Source of the DNA: Candidatus Micrarchaeia archaeon
Lineage (GTDB): Archaea > Micrarchaeota > Micrarchaeia > Micrarchaeales > CABMGC01
DNA length: 64,000 nucleotides
NCBI GenBank assembly: GCA_049976845.1
Contig: JBMFHL010000001.1
Span: 32,001-96,000 of the forward strand
Direction: 5' to 3'
Shown here: piece by piece, positions 9,317 to 17,394 of the stretch
Layout of the letters: every line of letters starts with the position of its first letter
How positions within the stretch are numbered: the stretch's first letter is position 1
Translations under genes and position numbers: made by a program
The notes under the pieces: generated by a model
Databases searched by the model: none
The model's input: the letters and a program-made list of their open reading frames with translations, nothing else
Told to the model about the DNA's origin: nothing

Positions 9317-10081
9317 TTATCTTATGTATGTGAGGTTTTCCTTGCTGGGTTGGCCCGCGCCTTTAACTGCTTCTTCTATGTTTTTAAGGACCTTTTCCGT
9401 TTCTTTCTTTACCTTTTCCATATTTGCCAAGTCTATTTTTATTCCAAGGAGCTTTGAAATCACTTCCAATACTGTCTTTGCGGAATTCGCATCAACATCG
9501 ATAAGGCCAGTTTCTCCCATGATGCATGCTGCATCTAGTTTATATTTCTTTGCAAATTCTAATATAAGGCCTGCCGACCCCCATATTGCACCGGTAGCCT
9601 GGCCAAAGAGTATGTTGTATTTTTTGAGCTCTTCTATATATTTCAGGCTTGTTGCTACTCCAAACACCCTTGGATTTTGAACATATTGATCTGCTATGTT
9701 ATATCCGCCTATTGTTATTACCTTTTTACCTCCTAGGAAGGTAAAGAATTTTATTATCTTTTCATTGACTTCGTATTGACCTTCTGTAGTTACAGCCTGA
9801 GCATCACCAAGCAAAAGTACTATATCGCTTGAATTTTTGGATTTTGATGGATTCTTCCAATAGTAAAATCTATTATTTACCAAACGGGATTTGCCATTGC
9901 TAAGCATCAATACTTGATGTGGAAAGTGTGGGGATAGTAATGTTGCGAATTTTTGGGCCTTAAGCTCGTTTTTGAGATGCTCCCCCACTAGGCTGCCCAC
10001 ACTACCTATGCCAGGTAAGCCTACAATTAGTATTGGATTCCTGAGCTTTATTTTTTTGTAGTATATTTTTGTTTTCTCCAT
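9317..10081 (-). CDS. PAC2-family proteasome assembly chaperone
   Basis: PILIVGLPGIGSVG, FPHQV, GDAQ, TIGGY, CIMGET; conserved position after eIF2a. Confidence 0.88.
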   Translation of the reverse strand: MEKTKIYYKKIKLRNPILIVGLPGIGSVGSLVGEHLKNELKAQKFATLLSPHFPHQVLMLSNGKSRLVNNRFYYWKNPSKSKNSSDIVLLLGDAQAVTTEGQYEVNEKIIKFFTFLGGKKVITIGGYNIADQYVQNPRVFGVATSLKYIEELKKYNILFGQATGAIWGSAGLILEFAKKYKLDAACIMGETGLIDVDANSAKTVLEVISKLLGIKIDLANMEKVKKETEKVLKNIEEAVKGAGQPSKENLTYIR

Positions 10082-10083
10082 GC

Positions 10084-10845
10084 TTATTCCTTCTCCTTTT
10101 TCAACTCAACGACTCCCCCTATCGACTTTATCTCTTTATTAAGTAAATCCTGCGCTTTTTTTATCCTATTTTCAGCATCAGGAAAGTTTGAATCCTCTGA
10201 AGTAAATTTGTAATGAGGGGCGCCCAAGTAAAGCACATTTACCCCTAGCTTAGAAACGTCGTTAAGCAGCTTTTTTATCTTATTTATTCCATCCTTTGTA
10301 TCATATACAAGTATTTTTGCAGTATATGCCACTTTGTACCTCTTCGGCTTGACATTCTTTGCCACTATTTCAGATAGCGCGGACTTGAAGTTACTATCTA
10401 CATTCCCTATATCCTTACCCTCCGAAACGCTTTCGATTATTTCGGAATAAGAGATAAAGGTACTTGAAAGGGTCTTTTCTATCTCCGCTTCCTGCGCTTC
10501 CTTCTTTGCGGCGACTATTGCTTGCTTGAATAGTTTCTCAGATCTTTTTTCTGTATTATACGAGTCTATCTTTTCTTTCTCTTCTTTCTTACTAACTTTT
10601 TTTAGTGATATGTCTACTGCCCTCTTCTCATGGTCTACAAATATAACTTTAGCTACAGCCTGCTGCCCTTCTCTTATGAATTCGTGTATATTCTTAATCC
10701 ATCCTGGGGCAACTTCTTTTATGGGCAGATACGCTTCTATGTTTTTGTATTCAACAAATTCACAGTATGCTCCGAAAGGCATTACTTTTTTTATTTTTAC
10801 TAAGACTATTTCTCCATTTTCAGGAAGTTCTTTATGCGTAAACAT
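10084..10845 (-). CDS. eif2a: Translation initiation factor 2 alpha
   Basis: S1 domain LPENGEIV, GWIKNI, VDISLKKV, YLGAPHY. Confidence 0.92.
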   Translation of the reverse strand: MFTHKELPENGEIVLVKIKKVMPFGAYCEFVEYKNIEAYLPIKEVAPGWIKNIHEFIREGQQAVAKVIFVDHEKRAVDISLKKVSKKEEKEKIDSYNTEKRSEKLFKQAIVAAKKEAQEAEIEKTLSSTFISYSEIIESVSEGKDIGNVDSNFKSALSEIVAKNVKPKRYKVAYTAKILVYDTKDGINKIKKLLNDVSKLGVNVLYLGAPHYKFTSEDSNFPDAENRIKKAQDLLNKEIKSIGGVVELKKEKE

Positions 10846-10850
10846 TCAGA

Positions 10851-11135
10851 TCAGCGTTTTATTTCTACCTTCTTTTTTGTCCTTTTGCCAAGGACCCTCT
10901 CTATGCTTTTGTTACATACTGTGCATGTCAGCAAAACTTTTTGCTTTTTTCCTAGCTTCTTTGGATGTGCTTTTGGCTCGACACTGCCTACATGACCTTT
11001 TATTGCCCTTGCGTGCCTTCTTGAACCTACATTTAGCCAGCGCTCAGGCTTTTTTGAATATATTTTTACTGTATGTTTTGTATGCTTGTTGCAATATGGG
11101 CAGTAAGCCATTACCTCTTTTTGTATCTTCATCAA
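10851..11135 (-). CDS. rpl44e: 50S ribosomal protein L44e
   Basis: YCPYCNKHTKHTV...CTVC; upstream of eIF2a. Confidence 0.9.
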   Translation of the reverse strand: MMKIQKEVMAYCPYCNKHTKHTVKIYSKKPERWLNVGSRRHARAIKGHVGSVEPKAHPKKLGKKQKVLLTCTVCNKSIERVLGKRTKKKVEIKR

Positions 11136-11141
11136 ATCACT

Positions 11142-11621
11142 TCAATTTACTATTTCTCCGAGTTTATTCTTTAATATGAAGTCTGTGTCATTTTCATCTT
11201 CTACTTCTATCGTTTGGTTTTGCTTGAAAGGCCCGAGTTTGTTTCCTTTTGGTGTAATTACTTCTGGTATATCTGAGAGTATTTTTACTCTCTTTAATGA
11301 AGGCTTCGTTGTACTTTCTGAAAGCATATTTTTAATTTTATTATAAATTTCTTCCTCTTCTGCTGTAGAGTAAGAAGGTAATTGTTTATTATATGCAATG
11401 TATATTAAAATCTTTTGCATTCTCCGCTCTTTTAGTATATTTAAAAGTTTCCTGAAGTTGTTTATATACTGCGTTTTTTGTGGATCTTTTTGCTGATTTT
11501 CTATGTTTTTTATGTATGTTTCTGCATCTTCAAAGAAGTTTTTAGGCAATGGCAATATTTCTCCTGTTTTCTTTTCCGCTTGCACTTTTTCGAATAAGAG
11601 TTCAGGAGAAATTTCTTCCAT
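11142..11621 (-). CDS. GINS complex subunit (Gins51-like)
   Basis: E..tgeilpLP.NFF, ERR.QKI, C-terminal B domain (VKILSDIPEV...GPF); next to rpl44e. Confidence 0.7.
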   Translation of the reverse strand: MEEISPELLFEKVQAEKKTGEILPLPKNFFEDAETYIKNIENQQKDPQKTQYINNFRKLLNILKERRMQKILIYIAYNKQLPSYSTAEEEEIYNKIKNMLSESTTKPSLKRVKILSDIPEVITPKGNKLGPFKQNQTIEVEDENDTDFILKNKLGEIVN

Positions 11622-11782
11622 GGCAATACCTGTATATATTTCAACCGCAAAGCAAATAAACTAAATGCACCACCCTATACTTCCACTATTCGCTCTCTTT
11701 TATATATATAATAAAAAATAAATTATAAAACTTTGTTATAATTGCTTTTTTACAGAATAAAAAAATAGTGGAACTGTGGTGT

Positions 11783-11857
11783 TAGCGAGGGATGGATTTG
11801 AACCACCGATCTCCGGGTTATGAGCCCGGCGGGCACTCCATGCTACCCTACCTCGCT
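11783..11857 (-). tRNA. Initiator tRNA-Met(CAU)
   Basis: A1-U72 (AGCGAGG/CCUCGCU-A), CCGGG-CUCAUAA-CCCGG with three G-C pairs, GGUUCAAAUCC. Confidence 0.93.
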
Positions 11858-12616
11858 TTAAGCATAAGTAACAGCTTCTTTTTCAACTATTCTCTCAGCA
11901 TCTTCCCTGCTTATCCTGACAAGTTTTCCTCCGCAATCGCACTTAAAATTCATCTCCATCGCAGTTTCAAAAGGGAATAGGGTCCTCTGCTTCTCAAAAC
12001 AAGCTTCACAAATGAAAAAATCATTGCAGTTATCTGGCAATATATATGCAGAATTTTTAACTTCGGTTAGTAAGTTTTCTTTAACCTTTTTAATATTTTC
12101 AAAATTTATATACCATTTAAATGTAAGCCAACCCTTACTATCTTTATTTGTATCATATTTGGCAATACCATAAGTATTAAGCGTATTTAAAATCCTCCTA
12201 ACCTCATTTATCTTTATATTCAGTGAAGTAGAGAGGTCATCATCAGTTTGTGGTTCCCTTAATGCAGACAATATATCCAAAGCCCTCTTGCCAACAGCCT
12301 TTACAATATAATTAGAAAAACTATTGTCTTTTATCATCTCATCAATAAGTGATGCATTATAAGAAGCCTTTGCTTCAGCTTCTATCAACCTATTTTTTTC
12401 CAAAGAAAGCTTCTTTTTATCTATAGCAACCTTTTTACTTATCTTATTTGATCTATTGGAAAGTTTGTGGTTAATGGACCTGTAACCTTTTCTAATATTC
12501 ATAGACTTAGGTGCAATATGCCTCTTATTCATTTTTTTAGAGCCAGAGCTCTGCTTTTTATGTGAAAAATGACGAGTTACCTTCTTTTTTATTTTTGATT
12601 TAGACAAGAGCATCAC
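11858..12616 (-). CDS. tfe: Transcription factor E (TFE alpha) with basic N-terminal extension
   Basis: TDDDLS..LNIKINEVRRILNTL...GWLTFKW winged helix; FICEAC...FETAMEMNFKCDCGGKL Zn ribbon. Confidence 0.85.
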   Translation of the reverse strand: MMLLSKSKIKKKVTRHFSHKKQSSGSKKMNKRHIAPKSMNIRKGYRSINHKLSNRSNKISKKVAIDKKKLSLEKNRLIEAEAKASYNASLIDEMIKDNSFSNYIVKAVGKRALDILSALREPQTDDDLSTSLNIKINEVRRILNTLNTYGIAKYDTNKDSKGWLTFKWYINFENIKKVKENLLTEVKNSAYILPDNCNDFFICEACFEKQRTLFPFETAMEMNFKCDCGGKLVRISREDAERIVEKEAVTYA

Positions 12617-12745
12617 CTACCTTAAAGCAACACTATATTATATGTGGGTTTTAATATAAATATATTCCGTTTTTTAGAAAATTAAAATAAATAAAATAAC
12701 AAAATAAACACGTTTTTTGTATTTTAACTTTTTCTCAGAATATCT

Positions 12746-12820
12746 CGGGCCCGAGGGGATTTGAACCCCTGACTTACTGGTTAAGAGCCAGTCACTCTGA
12801 CCAAACTGAGTTACGGGCCC
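12746..12820 (-). tRNA. tRNA-Lys(CUU)
   Basis: GGGCCCG/CGGGCCC-G, ACUGG-CUCUUAA-CCAGU, GGUUCAAAUCC; no intron. Confidence 0.93.
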
Positions 12821-12865
12821 AGTATAAGGACATTTGCGAATAAAGGCTTATATTAGTTTTGAGTA

Positions 12866-14011
12866 TTACAGATCTAAAATCCTATTAACTGCATTTCTGA
12901 CTTTTTTAATATTCCTTTTCTCACAAGCAATCAAAAGCTTTTTGTTCTGTGAATTTGCCTCTTCTAATCCTTTTATAATAAGCGAAGTATTCTCTAAAGT
13001 GCCTATCTTTTTACCAAATCTATTGAGTATTGGTGTGTTCTCTACTGTGTCTTTTGGGAAGATCTTAGTGACAATTAGTTCTGTTTTATCCAAATCAACA
13101 TACTTAAGTATTTCCTCCTCAATCTCCTTTTCGCTTAGGCTAAAATCTTTAGGCACTCTATCATAAAATACCCTCTTAAAAAGCTTCCTCTCAATTATTC
13201 TGTTTAAGAGAGGTGCAGATGGCTTATAAGACAACAATGTATTCATCATTTCAAAATCATTTAACGTTTTTAAAAGCGTCTTATCAAGATATCCATTATC
13301 TATTGCAGCTTCTACTGCACGCTCAAACATACCTTCTGCAATAAGTGTAGTATGGTGTAAATAAACAGATGTAAACATGAAATATCTTGCTAAAAGTATA
13401 GATTCAGCAGAAGGAATCCCCTGTGCATAAATAGACAGCTTGCCATTATACAGTGCAATCTTGCTTTTTAGCTGTTGATAGTCTATCACTCCATATGTGG
13501 CTCCTGTGTAATACGCATCCCGAAGCAGGTAATCTAATCTATCCGAGCCAAGCGAAGCGGTAATAACCTCTCCTCTCTCCTTGCCCTCTAGCATCTTCAA
13601 TATTCTATTCAGCGAAAGTCCGCTATCGCTTATGACGTTTTTTATATCTGATTCTTTAATTATCTCCTTGCCTAGCTCTTCATGCGAAGTATGCAGATAT
13701 CTTTTCAACAAGCGATCTAAACTATGCGAAAAGGACGCATGGCCAATATCATGCACAAGGCCCGCTACGCAAAGATCCTCCGCAGCATCTTCCTCTACCC
13801 CAATACTTTTCGTAAGCTCTTTGGTTATATAAAGTGTCCCAAGCGAGTGTTCAAAGCGCGAGTGGGTAGCCCCAGGGTATATAAGGTAAACAAATCCTGT
13901 CTGTCTTATATAGCGGAGTCGCTGCATGTGTTTGTCCTCTATAATCTTTTCCTCTGTTTCTGTCAAGTTTATATTTCCAAATATTGGGTCTTTTATGAAC
14001 ATGTTCACCAT
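12866..14011 (-). CDS. HD-domain phosphohydrolase (dNTPase/SAMHD1-like)
   Basis: QRLRYIRQ.G, YPGATHSRFEHSLG, HDIGHASFSH, DRLDYLLRD, VYLHH. Confidence 0.88.
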   Translation of the reverse strand: MVNMFIKDPIFGNINLTETEEKIIEDKHMQRLRYIRQTGFVYLIYPGATHSRFEHSLGTLYITKELTKSIGVEEDAAEDLCVAGLVHDIGHASFSHSLDRLLKRYLHTSHEELGKEIIKESDIKNVISDSGLSLNRILKMLEGKERGEVITASLGSDRLDYLLRDAYYTGATYGVIDYQQLKSKIALYNGKLSIYAQGIPSAESILLARYFMFTSVYLHHTTLIAEGMFERAVEAAIDNGYLDKTLLKTLNDFEMMNTLLSYKPSAPLLNRIIERKLFKRVFYDRVPKDFSLSEKEIEEEILKYVDLDKTELIVTKIFPKDTVENTPILNRFGKKIGTLENTSLIIKGLEEANSQNKKLLIACEKRNIKKVRNAVNRILDL

Positions 14012-15318
14012 TTTTTAACAAAGTCCCTTATTATACCATCAAATTCCTTCCCAATAGGGGCAAGTTCATATGTTACCTGCACTATTGGCTTGTTTACTTT
14101 TACTATCTTCCTTAGGTCTGTAGGGGTTCCAGAAATAACAATGTCGCATTTCGCATTATTTATTACTTCGGTGAGCTCCTTTACCTGCATTTTGCTGTAA
14201 CCTATCGCAGGAAGTATCCTCTCTATATTATACTTCTCATAGGTTTTCTTTATTGTTCCAATCGCATACCTTCTTGCATCAATTATCTCCCTGGCTCCAT
14301 AATTCTTGGCTGCGACTACTGCCGCTCCAAACTTCATATTTCCATGGGTGACTGTGGGCCCATCTTCTATAACAAGTGCCGTTTTCCCTTTTATCAATTC
14401 TTCAGGATCTGCATTTATCTTAGATTCTGCATATACTATTTTGGCTTTTGCATTTATACTTTTTAGGTTGCGTTTAATCTCGCTTAACTCCATCTTACTT
14501 GCAGAATTTACTTTATTCACAACGAGTACATCTGCCATTCTTGCGACCGTCTCTCCAGGATAATACCCAAGCTCATTTCCTACTCTGAGTGGATCTGCTA
14601 CAGTTATCATAAGATCCGGTTTTATGAAAGGTGCGTCGTTGTTGCCACCATCCCATATAATAACATCTGCCTCTTTTTCAGCAGCTTTTAGTATTTTTCC
14701 ATAGTCCACTCCAGAATAAACAACAGTGCCTTCCCTAATGTGCGGTTCATAATCTTCCCTCTCTTCGATGGTGCATTTCTGTTTGTCCAAATCTTCAAGC
14801 GCACCAAAACGCTGTACCTCCTGCTCTTTAAGATCTCCATATGGCATTGGATGCCTAATAACTACAGGCGTTTTTCCTAGTTTTTTTATTAACCTGGATA
14901 TGTATCTGGATGTTGGGCTTTTTCCGCTTCCGGTCCTTACAGCGCATACTGCTATTACGGGTTTTACCGATTTTAGCATCGTGTGCTCTGGAGAAATAAG
15001 CCAGAAATCTGCTCCGTGTGAATTTGCAATGCTTGCTTTGTGCATTACCTCCGCATAAGGCAAGTCGCTGTATGCTAGCAAGCAAGCGTCAATTTTATAT
15101 CTGTCTATCAAGTCTCCAAGTTTAGACTCATCAAAAATTTTTATACCATTTGGGTAAAGTTTGCCTGCAAGTTCTTTGGGATATCTTCTGTCTACTATAA
15201 AAGGAATCTGGTTTGCAGTAAATGCAATAATTTCATAATCTGCATTGTCGCGGAAAAGCATATTGAAATCATGAAAATCCCTTCCTGCAGCGCCAAGAAT
15301 CAAGATTCTCTTCCTCAT
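14005..15318 (-). CDS. COG2403 P-loop NTPase, probable arginine synthetase (ArcE family; often annotated cDPG synthase or GTPase)
   Basis: GAAGRDFHDFN, AFTA.QIP, AYSD, AVRTGSGKS, RHPMPYGDL, CTIEEREDYEPH, WDGGNND, EDGPTVTHG. Confidence 0.7.
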   Translation of the reverse strand: MRKRILILGAAGRDFHDFNMLFRDNADYEIIAFTANQIPFIVDRRYPKELAGKLYPNGIKIFDESKLGDLIDRYKIDACLLAYSDLPYAEVMHKASIANSHGADFWLISPEHTMLKSVKPVIAVCAVRTGSGKSPTSRYISRLIKKLGKTPVVIRHPMPYGDLKEQEVQRFGALEDLDKQKCTIEEREDYEPHIREGTVVYSGVDYGKILKAAEKEADVIIWDGGNNDAPFIKPDLMITVADPLRVGNELGYYPGETVARMADVLVVNKVNSASKMELSEIKRNLKSINAKAKIVYAESKINADPEELIKGKTALVIEDGPTVTHGNMKFGAAVVAAKNYGAREIIDARRYAIGTIKKTYEKYNIERILPAIGYSKMQVKELTEVINNAKCDIVISGTPTDLRKIVKVNKPIVQVTYELAPIGKEFDGIIRDFVKKW

Positions 15319-15469
15319 GTAATCACAATTAAAACTTGCTTGAAAAGGATATTAAATTTAGATGGTTAAAAACAAGACTTAATGTACTAATTACTCTCGT
15401 CATGCCATCCTCAAAAGGTTTATAAGGATTGAATTCAATATAATATAAAAACGGCCAGTGCTGATACCT

Positions 15470-17386
15470 ATGTCAAATGAATCAGAGGAGTATAACGCTT
15501 CTAAAATAATAGTGCTAGAAGGTGTGCAAGGAGTAAGGAAAAGGCCGGCAATGTATATAGGGTCAACAGGTTCAAGCGGAGTGTTGCACTTGCTATTTGA
15601 AGTAATTGATAATGCCGTAGATGAAGCTATCGCCGGCTACTGTAAAAATATTATAGTGCATCTAACCGAGGCAGAAAATGGTGACATTGCAGAAGTGATA
15701 GATGACGGCAGAGGGATACCTATAGACATAATGCCAAAGTATAACAAGAGTGCCTTAGAGGTAATAATGACCTCCTTGCATTCAGGCGCCAAATTTAGCA
15801 ACGATGTATATAAAACTGCCGGGGGTCTTCATGGTGTTGGCCTTACCGTTGTAAATGCACTATCTTCAGTGCTTGAGGTCAGGGTCAAAAAAGGAGGAAA
15901 GGAGTACATGCAAACCTATAGTAGGGGACTTCCAACTTCTGAGCTAAAAGAAGTGGGAGTTGCCACGGATACAGGAACTTCAATAAAATTTCAGCCGGAT
16001 CCTGAGATATTCCCTTCTACAAAATTTGATTCTGATCTATTAAAAGAGAGGTTGAGATATACAAGTTTCTTGAATCCTGGGCTTAAACTATTCTTTATAG
16101 ATGATAGGTTTAATTCCCACGAAGAAAGCCAGTACTATTCGCAAAATGGGCTTGCAGATTTTCTTTCAGAACTAAATAAAAATACAACCACCATAACCAG
16201 TCCGATACATTACAAAAAGCAGGTTGATAATGTGATGGTTGAAATAGCATTGCAATACAACAACAGCTACGACGAGAAAATAGAATCATTTGTAAATAGT
16301 ATAAAGACAAACGACGGCGGCACGCACGTTATAGGTTTTCATGCAGCATTGACAAGGGCAATATCAAACTACCTGTTGCAAAATAAAAATGCGAGCAGCA
16401 AGAAAGAGGTAAAAATTACAGGAGAAGATGTAAGAGAGGGCCTTTCAGCAATAGTAAATGTACTGATGCAGAATCCAGAGTTCGAAGGGCAAACAAAAGA
16501 AAGACTTGGAAATACGCAAATAAAAAGCATAGTTGAAAGCAGCGTTTATTCTTTCCTTTCACAATACTTAGAAGAGCATCCTAGTGATGCAAAGGCAATA
16601 GTAGAGAAAGCGACAAATGCAAGTTTAGCTAGAGAGAGTGCAAGGAAGGCCAGGGAGCTAGTGAGAAAGAAGAGTATATTTGATGGCGCGATACTACCAG
16701 GCAAATTGGCAGACTGCATAGAATCTGATCCAGAAAAATGTGAAATATTTATAGTAGAAGGCGAGAGCGCAGGCGGCTCAAGCAAGCAAGGTAGGGACAA
16801 GAGGATACAAGCAATACTTCCATTAAGAGGGAAAATTCTTAATGTCGAAAAAGCAAGCGATGAAAGAATATTTGATAATGCGGAAATACATACAATGGTC
16901 ACAGCATTTGGGACAGGAATAAAAGAAACGTTTAATGTGGAAAACATAAGGTACAAAAAAATAATCATTATGACGGATGCTGATGTTGATGGGAGCCATA
17001 TAAGGACGTTGCTCCTCACGTTTTTCTATAGGTACCTCAAAAAAATATTAGACCTGGGGTATGTATACATAGCGCAGCCTCCACTATATAAAATCTCTAA
17101 AGGGAAAGAAGAGTATTACTGCTACAGCGATGCAGAATTAGAAGCTAAAATGAAAGAACTGGGAGACAAAGTAAATCTACAAAGGTACAAAGGATTAGGA
17201 GAAATGAACCCTGAGCAATTGTGGGAAACTACAATGAATCCAGAAAAACGCATCCTCAAAAAAGTTCTTGTAAACAATGCCGAAAGGGCAGAAAGATTGT
17301 TCACAATACTCATGGGTATTGATGTTCAGCAACGTAGAAAATTCTTGGAGGAGCATTCAGGCGAAGCCGCCTTCCTAGATATATAG
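15470..17386 (+). CDS. gyrB: DNA gyrase subunit B
   Basis: VRKRPAMYIG, EVIDNAVDE, DDGRGIP, GGLHGVG, EGESAGGS, PLRGKILN, MTDADVDGSHI, QRYKGLGEM. Confidence 0.96.
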   Translation: MSNESEEYNASKIIVLEGVQGVRKRPAMYIGSTGSSGVLHLLFEVIDNAVDEAIAGYCKNIIVHLTEAENGDIAEVIDDGRGIPIDIMPKYNKSALEVIMTSLHSGAKFSNDVYKTAGGLHGVGLTVVNALSSVLEVRVKKGGKEYMQTYSRGLPTSELKEVGVATDTGTSIKFQPDPEIFPSTKFDSDLLKERLRYTSFLNPGLKLFFIDDRFNSHEESQYYSQNGLADFLSELNKNTTTITSPIHYKKQVDNVMVEIALQYNNSYDEKIESFVNSIKTNDGGTHVIGFHAALTRAISNYLLQNKNASSKKEVKITGEDVREGLSAIVNVLMQNPEFEGQTKERLGNTQIKSIVESSVYSFLSQYLEEHPSDAKAIVEKATNASLARESARKARELVRKKSIFDGAILPGKLADCIESDPEKCEIFIVEGESAGGSSKQGRDKRIQAILPLRGKILNVEKASDERIFDNAEIHTMVTAFGTGIKETFNVENIRYKKIIIMTDADVDGSHIRTLLLTFFYRYLKKILDLGYVYIAQPPLYKISKGKEEYYCYSDAELEAKMKELGDKVNLQRYKGLGEMNPEQLWETTMNPEKRILKKVLVNNAERAERLFTILMGIDVQQRRKFLEEHSGEAAFLDI

Positions 17387-17394
17387 GTATAGAT

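Noticed and set aside
11721..11743. Inverted repeat AATTATAA-N7-TTATAATT as a dif site
   Set aside because: The spacer is 7 rather than 6 nt, and the arms are pure AT in an AT-rich tract; likely chance.
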